Part shown: positions 1 through 9,616 of the stretch, one piece after another
Layout: every line of letters begins with the position of its first letter
Position numbering within the stretch: position 1 is the first letter of the stretch
Assembly (NCBI GenBank): GCA_041663145.1
Contig: JBAZRG010000001.1
Coordinates: forward strand, 74,467 to 138,466
Direction of reading: 5' to 3'
Origin: Minisyncoccota bacterium
Lineage (GTDB): Bacteria; Patescibacteriota; Minisyncoccia; Phycocordibacterales; PALSA-1337
Length of the DNA stretch: 64,000 nucleotides
Made by a program: the position numbers and the translations under genes
Notes under the pieces: generated by a model
What the model saw: only the letters and a program-made list of their open reading frames with translations
The model's database searches: none
What the model was told of the DNA's origin: nothing

Positions 1-421
1 TATCCAGACGATCGGTCGTGCGGCTCGAAATGCCGCCGGTCGCGTGATCTTATATGCCGATAGATTGACTGGTTCTATAAAATTCGCCATAGCGGAGACA
101 GATAGACGTCGTGCCATCCAGGTTGCATACAATAGGGAGCATGGTATTACTCCAAAAACAATAATAAAAAAGATTCACGATATTACCGATCAGTTGAGGA
201 CTGATCATGATAAGGCTGTCAATGCTCTTGTGGAAATAGATAGTGTATTGGCAGAGACCAATCCTCAATTATTGATAAAACAAAAGGAACAAGCTATGGC
301 AGAGGCAGTGAAAACCCTCGATTTTGAGACGGCCGCTTTGGTTCGGGATGAGATATCGGCTTTAGAAAAGAAATTCGGTCTAATTGTTGATAAAAAGAAA
401 GCACGTTCTAAGAGGATATGA
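1..421 (+). CDS. uvrB: Excinuclease ABC subunit B, C-terminal fragment (5' end lies outside the window)
   Basis: The frame is open from the window edge. The translation ends with a UVR domain ('LDFETAALVRDEISALEKK'), preceded by the UvrB-typical '...NREHGITPKTI' segment. Confidence 0.75.
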   Translation, partial: IQTIGRAARNAAGRVILYADRLTGSIKFAIAETDRRRAIQVAYNREHGITPKTIIKKIHDITDQLRTDHDKAVNALVEIDSVLAETNPQLLIKQKEQAMAEAVKTLDFETAALVRDEISALEKKFGLIVDKKKARSKRI

Positions 422-1251
422 TAGAATATGACAGCGACATTATGACTGAAACAAAAAAAATAAAAAAGGAGAAAATATTGGTTATAGCAGGTGATGGAGC
501 ATTCGGAGAAAAACTGACTGATCTCTTGAAAAAGGACGGATATCAGGAAGTGTTTTTGATGAAGAATGGTTCAGAAGGATTGAAACAAATTTATGATTTA
601 TTGCCACATCTTGTGATCATGGATGTAACTTTGCCTGGGATGAGTGGTTATGAGATCTTGGCTAAAAAGCTTGCTGAACCGTTATTGGCAAAGATTCCAG
701 TTTTTCTCTTGTCGACGCAAGGTTTACCGATCGATATTCGCAGTGTTCCAGCTGGAGCGGTAACCGAATATATCATGGCTTTGCACGCCGATCCTGTAGA
801 GATAGTTACGAAAGTTAATAGACATTTTTCATACGAGTCGGTAACGTCAGGCTCTCTCGAATCGGACGCCGCAGTCGAAAGGACAGGGAAGAAAAAGTTA
901 TTATGGGTCGAGGATGATAAGCTGATCGGCAATATTTTATCAAAGAAGCTAACTGCTTCAGGATTTGAACTTTTTCATGCACAAAATGGTGAAGGAGCTT
1001 TGGAAATATTAAAAACCGTTATGCCAAATGTGATTGTCGTTGACCTCATCTTGCCGGGTATGAGCGGTTTTGAGATTCTCCAAAAGATCAATGCTGATAT
1101 GAGTTTCCAAAAAATCCCGAAGATGGTTTTATCGAATTTGTCAAAGCCGTCAGACATAGAAAAAGCTCATGCTTTGGGTGCCACAAAGTTCTTGGTCAAA
1201 GCCGCTACGTCTCTGGATCAGATAGTGGCTGAAGTCAAAGCGATGTGTTAA
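418..1251 (+). CDS. Response regulator with two tandem receiver (REC) domains and no output domain
   Basis: Two CheY-like blocks are present: 'KILVIAGDG...LVIMDVTLPGMSGYEIL' and 'KLLWVEDD...VIVVDLILPGMSGFEIL'. Each has the phospho-acceptor Asp context. The start overlaps the uvrB stop (ATGA). Confidence 0.7.
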   Translation: MIEYDSDIMTETKKIKKEKILVIAGDGAFGEKLTDLLKKDGYQEVFLMKNGSEGLKQIYDLLPHLVIMDVTLPGMSGYEILAKKLAEPLLAKIPVFLLSTQGLPIDIRSVPAGAVTEYIMALHADPVEIVTKVNRHFSYESVTSGSLESDAAVERTGKKKLLWVEDDKLIGNILSKKLTASGFELFHAQNGEGALEILKTVMPNVIVVDLILPGMSGFEILQKINADMSFQKIPKMVLSNLSKPSDIEKAHALGATKFLVKAATSLDQIVAEVKAMC

Positions 1252-1309
1252 AGTTATTTTGCTCTAAAATAGCGTTATTGGAGTCATGTAACATATAGGT
1301 GGAATATAA

Positions 1310-1393
1310 GCGCAGGTGGCAGAGCGGTCAATTGCAATGGACTGTAAATCCATCGCCCTATGGGCTACGAAGGTTCAAATCCTTCCCTGCGCA
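1310..1393 (+). tRNA. tRNA-Tyr (GTA), type II with a long variable arm
   Basis: Hand-folded. Acceptor GCGCAGG/CCTGCGC. Anticodon stem ATGGA/TCCAT with loop CTGTAAA. Variable arm GCCC-TAT-GGGC. T-arm GAAGG-TTCAAAT-CCTTC. Confidence 0.8.
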
Positions 1394-1536
1394 CACGAAA
1401 AAACCGAGCTTTGCTCGGTTTTTGAGTGGGAGCAGAGCGACGCGACTGCTCGCGTCGCGAGGAAGGATTTGAAGAGTCTGAGCATGCGGCGCGAAGCGAA
1501 GCGAGCACAGCGCGAAGACTGTACCGAAGCTGTAAG

Positions 1537-1559
1537 CTTCAAATCCTTCCCTGCGCACT
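1537..1559 (+). repeat. Direct repeat duplicating the tRNA-Tyr 3' end (TTCAAATCCTTCCCTGCGCAC)
   Basis: A 21-22 bp identical copy of the tRNA-Tyr T-arm and acceptor 3' strand lies about 165 bp downstream of the gene. GC-rich hairpins lie between the two copies. Confidence 0.7.
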
Positions 1560-1699
1560 ACTTCGCAACTCGGCTAATCGCCGAGTTGCTTCGTAGTGGA
1601 GACCACACGAGAATATATTAGACAATCCATTTACATAAAAAAGACGCGGTTCTGATGTCCGCGTCGGTGTGTTTTTGTTGTCGTACAAAATCGTACGAA

Positions 1700-2080
1700 T
1701 TAGTTGCGATACATATCAATGTCGGCGAGTTCGTGTTCGAAATATGGATGAAGAAGTACTCCGTCTTTAGCATCGCACAACGACATCCATGAACCCACTT
1801 CTAAGTAGAGCAATTCTTGATAATATCGACGTTCTTCTTCCGTGATCGGACCCATAGGGTGATCGTCCCGCCACATTTTGATTTTGGCTCTGCTGTCTTG
1901 CCAATCGTACGTCAGTTCCTCGATTCTGGTCGATGGTTGTTTTTTACGAAGTATGAGTTTACTACGGATGGATGCGACAATGAACATGACGAGGCTAAAT
2001 ACAGAAAGCAAGATCAGTATCGTGAAAGAGAGTAAACAGCAATAAGTTATGAGGCTATTAACATCTGTCAACGTTTTCAT
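1700..2080 (-). CDS. Hypothetical small membrane protein (one N-terminal TM helix)
   Basis: ORF with a hydrophobic N-terminus. No recognisable family. Confidence 0.4.
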   Translation of the reverse strand: MKTLTDVNSLITYCCLLSFTILILLSVFSLVMFIVASIRSKLILRKKQPSTRIEELTYDWQDSRAKIKMWRDDHPMGPITEEERRYYQELLYLEVGSWMSLCDAKDGVLLHPYFEHELADIDMYRN

Positions 2081-2150
2081 AATCTGCTGAAATGCTACGC
2101 CCTTATGAAATACACGTCAAGATACGTGTGTGGATTGATTAGCACTTTAT

Positions 2151-3326
2151 TCAGTCGACAATAACTCTTTTCAATTCAGTCGGTATATGAACAACGATTT
2201 CATAAGGTATGGTTCCGCATAATTTGGCGATAGAATTGATCGAATTTTTGGCAGTTGGATCAGAACTGATAACTGTAACTGGTGTACCAATACTCACTTC
2301 ATTCATGTGTGATATGTCTATGGTTGTTATATTCATACTGACTCGGCCAATGATAGGGCAGGGAGTGTTCAGATCACCGACACCGATATATCCTTTATTG
2401 GAAAGTCGTCTATCGATACCTTCATAATAACCAGCGGGTATGTTTGCAATTCTCATATCTCGTGTTGCCTTGAATGTATTGTCGTATCCGACAGTTTCGT
2501 CACGTCTAAGTGTCTTTATGCCGGATATCAGAGTCTTCATCTCTAGTATGGGCTTGAGTGCCATTCCTCTCATATTTCCCAGACCATATAGACCCAATCC
2601 GAGTCTCGAACAATTGGCATCAAGATCGTGATCGATCCAATGTCCGTCCGTAGCAGATATATGGAAGTACTTTATATTTGAAAATTGAGATTTGAAATAT
2701 TCAACTGTTTTTTTCCATACATTGATTTGTGATTCGAGAGAAGTAGAATTTATATCACTGGTGTTGGAAAAATGAGACATTATTCCACAGAGTCTGATCA
2801 GGGGATTTTTGGATAATAGATCTACGGCGATACTTTCTTCTGCTGGCAATATTCCTTGTCGACGCATACCCGTATCGATTTTGAGATGAATTGAAATCAC
2901 CGAATCTGTATCTTCGATGCCACGGAGAGTTTCGACAGAACTAATTGTGAATATTATGTCGCGAAGTCTGTTTCCAAGAATTGTTTCGGGACGAGAATAA
3001 CCGATTATCAGGATTTTATCGCGTATACCAAATGATCGGAGAGCTACTGCTTCAAAAAATGAATCAACGACTATAAACGGTAGATTTTTCTCTCCTCTTA
3101 GTATATGAGCTACTTCGCGCAAACCGTGTCCATAAGCGTTACTTTTTAGTACTGGAGCAACATTATTTTGTGGTGCCAGTTTTCGGAATAGTGCGAGATT
3201 GTTCAATAGTCTGGAACGAGATATTTCGACGGTTATGAGTGGTTCATAGGGAAATCGACGTCGAGATAGCCATGTGAGGGGATTCATCATGCTTTTATTG
3301 TACTTTTTTGAGCATGTTGACGCCAC
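2151..3326 (-). CDS. alr: Alanine racemase (PLP-dependent)
   Basis: The PLP-lysine motif 'VAPVLKSNAYGHGL' is present. Length (391 aa) and overall pattern fit Alr. Confidence 0.8.
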   Translation of the reverse strand: MASTCSKKYNKSMMNPLTWLSRRRFPYEPLITVEISRSRLLNNLALFRKLAPQNNVAPVLKSNAYGHGLREVAHILRGEKNLPFIVVDSFFEAVALRSFGIRDKILIIGYSRPETILGNRLRDIIFTISSVETLRGIEDTDSVISIHLKIDTGMRRQGILPAEESIAVDLLSKNPLIRLCGIMSHFSNTSDINSTSLESQINVWKKTVEYFKSQFSNIKYFHISATDGHWIDHDLDANCSRLGLGLYGLGNMRGMALKPILEMKTLISGIKTLRRDETVGYDNTFKATRDMRIANIPAGYYEGIDRRLSNKGYIGVGDLNTPCPIIGRVSMNITTIDISHMNEVSIGTPVTVISSDPTAKNSINSIAKLCGTIPYEIVVHIPTELKRVIVD

Positions 3327-3786
3327 TTGACATATTATGTATATATGCTATAATAGCAAAGTACGAGGCTGTAGAGCCTCAATTTTGTTCCTTAAAACCA
3401 CATATGCTTGAGTAAAGCTTATTTCGCCTGTGGCGAGATTACATGTGTTTGAGGAAAACTGATAGGAAGAATATGAAAAATCGCAGGGTTACGTGGTATC
3501 ACTTTTGGGTCTTGTTGACAGTTGGCTTTCTGCTCATCATTGCGTCGAGACCATCGACGCCGATAATGACGCCGGAGCCGACGCCAGCTTCGCTTTCTCC
3601 CGAAGTGGGAGAAGTAAAGATGGTTGAGGAAGTTACAGTCCCTCAAGAAGGGATTGTGCCAACTTCGACAACGGAAACTCAAATTGTCAGCGTGATCTAT
3701 CACGCTGAACCGCAGATTCGGTGATTCAGTATTTGGTAAAATCAAACGCAGTAAAAACAAAAACAAACAAGAAAGGTAAAGGATAG

Positions 3787-4971
3787 ATGAAAATTAGAAA
3801 TCTGTTAGCGATTATTTCAGTCATTGCAATGTCGGTCTCCGGCCCAGTTGGTTACTCTCAATCGGTGCCAAGTGGCGGCGATGATACCAATGGTGGGAAT
3901 GAGCAGACCGGAAATCAGACCGGCGGTTCCGATGACTCCAGTGGTGGCTCCAATGGTGGGAATGGTCAGGTGGAGTGCCCTCCGGGGTTCATCTGCACGG
4001 ACACGGTACCTTCTGCCGTGCCATTGGCCTCTCCAGCGACACTGAAAGCCTATGCGCTGACACTTGTCAAACCAATCTCCGTACAGGTGTACGGGATGAG
4101 CGTTTCCGGCGACAATTATCGGTCGGTAGAATATACATCCGCAGACGCCGACCCTGCCAAAATGGCAGCGTTGGCTAGATCTCAACAATTGTCTTTCAAG
4201 GCAGCGGTTGGAGATCAGTTGTGGTCATATGTGAGTTACGACAGTCGGCCGATTCCTCTTATGGAGTCTAACGGCCAGTTGGTGAATTACACCTTCAACC
4301 TGTTCTCCGGTTCGAAAGCGTTCAAGCTCGAACCACAAAAGGGTGGTTGGGGCATTCCAGAGACCGCCTATAAGGTGGAACTCGACATGTCCTACGTCCC
4401 ATTCGTGGTGCCGGGCATGCAAGATGCTGTCATCGTAACGACCGATGAAAACGGGAATCAGACCGGTTGGTATAGTTTCCGCGAATCTTACGGAAACTAT
4501 GTTGACAGGGGTGTTCTCCTTTTAACCGAGGAGATGACTGGTCACAGAGGCCAGCTCATCATCACCATGAAGAATGGTGAGAAAATATCTTATAACCTCA
4601 AGAACGAACAACGGCAAGAGTCTGTCTCATTGCAGTTTACCGAAGTTCAGGCCACGATCAAGGGAGTGCGGTCGGTGCCGGCCACGGAAAATATTATGTA
4701 TGTGGCCGGTGATGAGATCATCCGCACTTCCGCAAAGGAAGATATGTGGTCATCGATCACGTTTCCTCCCGGACTCGATCGATACCCAGTCAAAGTCGCC
4801 GTCATTGAGACGGAGACACTGGGTCTCAACTGGAGCGCAGAATGGCTGGAGTTTAACCCTTATGTGGAGCCGGTCCGGTTCCTGATAAAGGCGAGTCAAC
4901 CTATTCTCATTCGCTTCGAGTATGAGACAGATCCAGAGCCACTGAACGGTGGCGGTATCGGAAAAAGCTAG
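3787..4971 (+). CDS. Secreted hypothetical protein with signal peptide and a Gly/Asn/Ser-rich low-complexity linker
   Basis: N-terminal 'MKIRNLLAIISVIAMSVSG' is signal-peptide-like, followed by a GGDDTNGGNEQTGNQTGGSDDSSGG linker. Confidence 0.5.
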   Translation: MKIRNLLAIISVIAMSVSGPVGYSQSVPSGGDDTNGGNEQTGNQTGGSDDSSGGSNGGNGQVECPPGFICTDTVPSAVPLASPATLKAYALTLVKPISVQVYGMSVSGDNYRSVEYTSADADPAKMAALARSQQLSFKAAVGDQLWSYVSYDSRPIPLMESNGQLVNYTFNLFSGSKAFKLEPQKGGWGIPETAYKVELDMSYVPFVVPGMQDAVIVTTDENGNQTGWYSFRESYGNYVDRGVLLLTEEMTGHRGQLIITMKNGEKISYNLKNEQRQESVSLQFTEVQATIKGVRSVPATENIMYVAGDEIIRTSAKEDMWSSITFPPGLDRYPVKVAVIETETLGLNWSAEWLEFNPYVEPVRFLIKASQPILIRFEYETDPEPLNGGGIGKS

Positions 4972-5146
4972 GCTCAAGCATATAGATTCACGAACCGCGG
5001 TTGCGCTAAGCATTCCGCGGTTCTTTTTATTTAGAATCAGATTTATATGTCAGATATAATCAATGCATATCTAGACCCACGAATCGCCCATTTGAATTTG
5101 CATTTTCATGTCAAATACGCTATATTGAGCCAACTAAATCAAAATC

Positions 5147-5305
5147 ATGGCCAAACAAACTCAACTTATACAGATCAAAAACAAATCTACCGGAGAGGTC
5201 TATTGGACGCGCAAAAACAAGAAGAAAGTCGAGCGCAAGGTAGAACTCAAGAAATACAGTGCCAAGCTCAGGAAACACGTCGTCTTCAAGGAGGCCAAAA
5301 AATAA
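5147..5305 (+). CDS. rpmG: 50S ribosomal protein L33
   Basis: A 53-codon ORF, too short for the ORF track, translates to MAKQTQLIQIKNKSTGEVYWTRKNKKKVERKVELKKYSAKLRKHVVFKEAKK, an L33 pattern. A Rho-independent terminator hairpin lies at about 5329-5365. The overlapping 90-aa track ORF 5047..5319 is in another frame. Confidence 0.8.
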   Translation: MAKQTQLIQIKNKSTGEVYWTRKNKKKVERKVELKKYSAKLRKHVVFKEAKK

Positions 5306-5437
5306 TCATTTCGTTATAGACTATTTTGTATGCGGACAAAGACATTGCGTTCTGTCCGCATTATTCGTACAATCTACTGGTGATTCTGTTAATTGATTAG
5401 CGTGTTAATCTGATCTTTGATGTGAACAAATGAGAAT

Positions 5438-5508
5438 GGGCGATTAGTTAAGTGGTATAACTGCGGTCTCCAAAACCGCTGTCGGAGGTCCGATTCCTCC
5501 ATCGCCCG
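5438..5508 (+). tRNA. tRNA-Trp (CCA)
   Basis: Acceptor GGGCGAT/ATCGCCC. Anticodon stem GCGGT/ACCGC with loop CTCCAAA. T-arm GGAGG-TCCGATT-CCTCC. The rpmG followed by tRNA-Trp arrangement is a common bacterial synteny. Confidence 0.8.
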
Positions 5509-5530
5509 CTGATGATCTGTACCCCATAAA

Positions 5531-6691
5531 GTGTATAATGCCCCCATGGAACCACTTGCCTCAAAAATCAGGCCGAAGTCGCTCGGAGAATTTGTCGGTC
5601 AAGAACATTTGGTCGGTAAAGATAAACCTTTGCGTACTGCCATAGAAGGTAAGCATCTATTCTCGTTCATTCTCTGGGGACCACCGGGAACCGGCAAGAC
5701 TACATTGGCTAGAATATACGCCGAATCTCTGAATGCACGATTGTATGAACTCTCGGCTGTTTCTGCCGGTAAAGACGATATACGTTCTATTGTAAATGAT
5801 CCAATATTACTCGACCAACGTCCCAAGCTATTATTCTTGGATGAAATACACAGATTCAATAAAGCACAACAAGATTTCCTCTTACCATTCGTAGAAAATG
5901 GTCAGCTAACTCTCATCGGCGCAACTACAGAAAATCCCAGTTTCGAGGTCATTCCCGCCTTGCTATCGAGATGTAGATTGTTTGTTTTGAAAAGTCTGTC
6001 GGATGAAGATCTGAAGAAAATAATCAAGAGAACAAAAATAAAACTGGATAAATCATCTGTCGATTGGCTTGCTTCGCTTGCGAATGGTGATGCTAGGATC
6101 GCCATAACTGCTCTCGAAAACACAAAGAGACTGTATGGTGCGGTTAATAGAGAAAATCTCAAAAACACATTTGAACATGCTTTCATACGATTCGATAAAA
6201 AAGGTGAGGAGCATTTCGATACGATTTCCGCCTATATCAAGAGTATGAGAGCGGGCGATGTTGATGCGGCCATTTATTATCTGGCCAGAATGGTAGAAGG
6301 CGGTCAAGATCCAAAATTTATTGCCAGAAGAATGGTTATCTTCGCCAGTGAAGATATAGGCTTGGCACAACCGACCGCTTTGGTCGTGGCCAATGAAGTG
6401 TTTCGCGCAGTAGAAACAATCGGCCTGCCTGAAGCAGGTATCAATCTCGCTCACGGCACGGCATATCTCGCTCTAGCCAAGAAAAACAGGGAAGCATACG
6501 ATGCCTATTTCGAAGCTCTCAGTGATGTACGCAAAACAGGCAATCTGCCTATACCACTTGAGATCAGGAATGCACCGACAAAGCTCATGAAAGAATTGAA
6601 TTATGGAAAAGGGTATGAGAAGTATCCTAAAAATAAATCATATTTGCCGGATAAGATAAAGGGGAAGAGGTATTTTAAGGATAAAGAATAA
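5531..6691 (+). CDS. rarA: Replication-associated recombination protein A (AAA+ ATPase, MgsA/RarA)
   Basis: Walker A 'GPPGTGKTTLA', Walker B 'LFLDEIHRFNKAQQD', and a RarA C-terminal domain ('YYLARMVEGGQDP'). Confidence 0.85.
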   Translation: MYNAPMEPLASKIRPKSLGEFVGQEHLVGKDKPLRTAIEGKHLFSFILWGPPGTGKTTLARIYAESLNARLYELSAVSAGKDDIRSIVNDPILLDQRPKLLFLDEIHRFNKAQQDFLLPFVENGQLTLIGATTENPSFEVIPALLSRCRLFVLKSLSDEDLKKIIKRTKIKLDKSSVDWLASLANGDARIAITALENTKRLYGAVNRENLKNTFEHAFIRFDKKGEEHFDTISAYIKSMRAGDVDAAIYYLARMVEGGQDPKFIARRMVIFASEDIGLAQPTALVVANEVFRAVETIGLPEAGINLAHGTAYLALAKKNREAYDAYFEALSDVRKTGNLPIPLEIRNAPTKLMKELNYGKGYEKYPKNKSYLPDKIKGKRYFKDKE

Positions 6692-6775
6692 ATTGCTCCA
6701 CATCGAGACTTAGAATATTTATCTTGAAGGAGAATAAAGTAATGCCAGCACGTCTATTACGTACTGGCATTGTGT

Positions 6776-7606
6776 TTATTTGTTTCTGTTCAGGAGATTC
6801 GTTACGACACTTATGGTCTCCCGGGCGTAGCCGTTTTGACAAAAACTGAAATGTCCGCCCCTGACCCGTATGTGTTCTTTGACTCCAAGAAGTTGGACTG
6901 TTTCCATTTGTGTATCGAATGGAACGAAGCCATCATCGCAGGTCACTATCATTGCTACGTGACAGCTGAGTGTGTTAACTTTCGGAGCCGGAATGCCGAG
7001 ACTCACTTCTCGTAATATGTGTCCCGACTCGGCCTGGATCTCAGCGTTTGACCCATCTTTCACCAAGATGGCATCGTCGGCCAATAGTCTGAATGGATGC
7101 CCGAATAATGCCCTCAAATAGTACGGCTTCACCATCCTTTTTACCAGACTCTTTGGCAACCCTACTCCTTTAGGGGGAGCCGCCGCGATCATACAGACGA
7201 ATTTCACTTTGTCCGGGCATTGTCTCGCTACTTCTAGGGCTACGAGTGAACCCAAAGAGTGTCCGACGATCGACACTTTTCCAAGTGAAGATCTGACTTC
7301 TTCGACTATTGATCTGACGAAGTCGCGAAAATGGACATCCGCCAGATTCATGGATAGATTATTGCTGTGGCCGGGGTATTCCGGATAATAAGCTCTGAAG
7401 CCGTCAAGAGGAAATCGGTTTCCCCATTGTCTCTTGTTTAGGCTGAACATTCCACCAAGGAAGAGAACTTCCTCTTTTCTAGTTACAACTCTAAACCTTT
7501 GAGGATTGAAATCCAGGTATTTCCTGGATTCCCGCAGGTTTAATGGCCGCGGGAGAAGCGGTATATTGGTTTTCATAGTGCAAATTTTCTCTTGCGATGA
7601 TAGCAT
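6776..7606 (-). CDS. Alpha/beta-fold hydrolase
   Basis: Nucleophile elbow 'IVGHSLGS'. Length and pattern are typical of the fold. Confidence 0.6.
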   Translation of the reverse strand: MLSSQEKICTMKTNIPLLPRPLNLRESRKYLDFNPQRFRVVTRKEEVLFLGGMFSLNKRQWGNRFPLDGFRAYYPEYPGHSNNLSMNLADVHFRDFVRSIVEEVRSSLGKVSIVGHSLGSLVALEVARQCPDKVKFVCMIAAAPPKGVGLPKSLVKRMVKPYYLRALFGHPFRLLADDAILVKDGSNAEIQAESGHILREVSLGIPAPKVNTLSCHVAMIVTCDDGFVPFDTQMETVQLLGVKEHIRVRGGHFSFCQNGYARETISVVTNLLNRNK

Positions 7607-7648
7607 CTATAGATAACTTTGTCAAATTAGCTATTTGACAACTATGCA

Positions 7649-7984
7649 TTGGTTGTGATACCATATATGAAGATAACCATGAAAACTCTAAGTGTATTTG
7701 CGGGAATGAGCAATTATTTTGCCATTCCCGCCAGCTTATCTCCAGAAGAAGAGAAAATCTTTATGAGAGAGGCTGAAAAAATCAACACCTTGATTGAGAA
7801 TGACATTTTCCGATCAAGAGAAGAAACATTCTCAGAGATTCTTGACGAATCAGGGGTGTCTGAGGAAGTCTTGAGGAAACTCCAGCATTTGGTCGAACTG
7901 ACCGGTCTCAGTTTCTATTATAGTCGAGACAATGGTAAGTGGCTTATCGGGATAAGCGCCCCGATTTACCAATGCTCGCAATAA
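7649..7984 (+). CDS. Hypothetical protein
   Basis: ORF followed by a strong terminator hairpin at about 7986-8025 (AGTCCGTGGAT...ATTCACGGACT plus T-run). Confidence 0.4.
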   Translation: MVVIPYMKITMKTLSVFAGMSNYFAIPASLSPEEEKIFMREAEKINTLIENDIFRSREETFSEILDESGVSEEVLRKLQHLVELTGLSFYYSRDNGKWLIGISAPIYQCSQ

Positions 7985-8078
7985 CACGAGTCCGTGGATT
8001 TGAAAAAGATTCACGGACTTTTTGTTTATCTATTTATCATAACGCAACCATACATATCCTTTTTCTTCCGAGAATATT

Positions 8079-8654
8079 TTGCGAACAATATGCCAGTATA
8101 TGAGCTTGACTACATACCTACTACACTGTAGATTTTCAATGGAGAAAGGACAAAAGATGTTTGATAATAACCATAAAATCCTATCAGACAATAGTTTCGT
8201 CAATATCACGGGCCTTTCGACGCAAGTTGCGACCGATGGTCCGGAAGGCTTTGTAAAAGCGTATATCAGACCGGAATCGTCCTGGATGGGTAAATGGACG
8301 ATAATCAGGGTATTTAATCGTAACTACATTGTTCTGGTCACCGATACAGGACAAATCTGGATCCGACCGAAATTTGAAAATGAAGATATTTCTGAGATAG
8401 AATATCTTCTCTGTGAGATCTGTCTGTGTGGTTACGATGAGAATATGGTCGAAAGATATTTCGATAAATTCTTTTCTGGATACCCTGGACATCCCGTCAT
8501 GAATGTTTCAGGTGTATTCGAGAGATTAGTTGATCCATACTGGTCCGAGCTCACAGTCAACACCAAAAGCAGTGCTCAGATTGAGAAAGAGGTTGCTGTT
8601 TGGCGCTACAATAACTCCGGTATGGAGCAATGGCCAAGGATTTGGATGATGTAA
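8079..8654 (+). CDS. Hypothetical protein
   Basis: ORF only. The true start may be the internal Met 'MEKGQKMF'. Confidence 0.35.
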   Translation: MRTICQYMSLTTYLLHCRFSMEKGQKMFDNNHKILSDNSFVNITGLSTQVATDGPEGFVKAYIRPESSWMGKWTIIRVFNRNYIVLVTDTGQIWIRPKFENEDISEIEYLLCEICLCGYDENMVERYFDKFFSGYPGHPVMNVSGVFERLVDPYWSELTVNTKSSAQIEKEVAVWRYNNSGMEQWPRIWMM

Positions 8655-8709
8655 ATACATTCAAATGGTGGGTGTAAATACATTTTTGATCAAACACAAA
8701 GCCCGTTCT

Positions 8710-9615
8710 TCACAAGGAGACGGGCTTAACTTTTTTCCATCTCTCAATGATTTCAAAAACTGGTTTTACATCATTTGCATCCATCCATACAATTTCTTTA
8801 TCTCTCTTGAACCAAGTCATTTGTCTCTTTGCGTACTGGCCGATCTTCACAGATAATTCCTTGATCATGCCAGCTTCGTCCAGCTCTCCTTTAAGGAGTT
8901 TTGCCAGGTATCTATATTCGAGACCCAATTCATCCATCCTTTCAAATGAAAGTCCGTTTTCATGGAGTCGGCGTGCTTCATCTATCATCCCAGATTCAAG
9001 TCGCTTTTTTAGTCTAATATAAATTCTATTTCGTAATTCAGTCGGTGGTAAGGTAAGGCCGATCTTTAGAGTATCGTATATCTTTTCACTTGGTTTTATC
9101 TCCGGCACTTTACCCAATGCTCTAGCAATGATGATGGCACGCACTATTCGTCTTTTGTTATTTCTATCAATATTTTTTGCTCGGTTAGGATCGATCGTCT
9201 CTAGAATAGTCACAAGCTCGGTCGGAGAAATTTTTTCGAGTGAAGCTTGTTCATCCTGGTCAGTTATGACTTCTGGAAAATCCATCCCATCTATAAGTGA
9301 AGAGATATAAAAACCAGTTCCACCGCAAATGATCGGTAATTTTCCTTTTGCAGAAATTTCTCGCACTACTTTCAGAGCCATATCCTTCCATTGTTTTGCA
9401 CTAAATCGCTCGGCAGGATCGACTATGTCGAGAAGATGATGTGGTACTCCTCGCATTTCTGAAGGAGTAATTTTACCCGTACCTATATCAAGACCCTTAT
9501 AGACCTGTCTTGAATCAGCGGAGATTATTTCACCATCGAATTTGAGAGCGCACTCTACTGCAAGGTCGCTTTTACCCGTGGCGGTGGGGCCGAGAATGGT
9601 GAGGACTTTGGTCAT
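8710..9615 (-). CDS. miaA: tRNA dimethylallyltransferase
   Basis: P-loop 'ILGPTATGKSDLA' and 'ISADSRQVYKGLDIGTGK'. Confidence 0.85.
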   Translation of the reverse strand: MTKVLTILGPTATGKSDLAVECALKFDGEIISADSRQVYKGLDIGTGKITPSEMRGVPHHLLDIVDPAERFSAKQWKDMALKVVREISAKGKLPIICGGTGFYISSLIDGMDFPEVITDQDEQASLEKISPTELVTILETIDPNRAKNIDRNNKRRIVRAIIIARALGKVPEIKPSEKIYDTLKIGLTLPPTELRNRIYIRLKKRLESGMIDEARRLHENGLSFERMDELGLEYRYLAKLLKGELDEAGMIKELSVKIGQYAKRQMTWFKRDKEIVWMDANDVKPVFEIIERWKKVKPVSL

Positions 9616-9616
9616 T

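Noticed and set aside
1316-1621. A 101-aa plus-strand ORF and a 66-aa minus-strand ORF covering tRNA-Tyr and its downstream repeat
   Set aside because: They overlap a well-folded tRNA and GC-rich hairpin DNA. The Arg/Ala-rich translation is typical of spurious ORFs in GC-rich non-coding sequence.
5047-5319. A 90-aa track ORF overlapping the rpmG region
   Set aside because: It is in a different frame from the clear L33 reading frame (5147..5305) and has no protein-like features. The short L33 ORF is the real gene.
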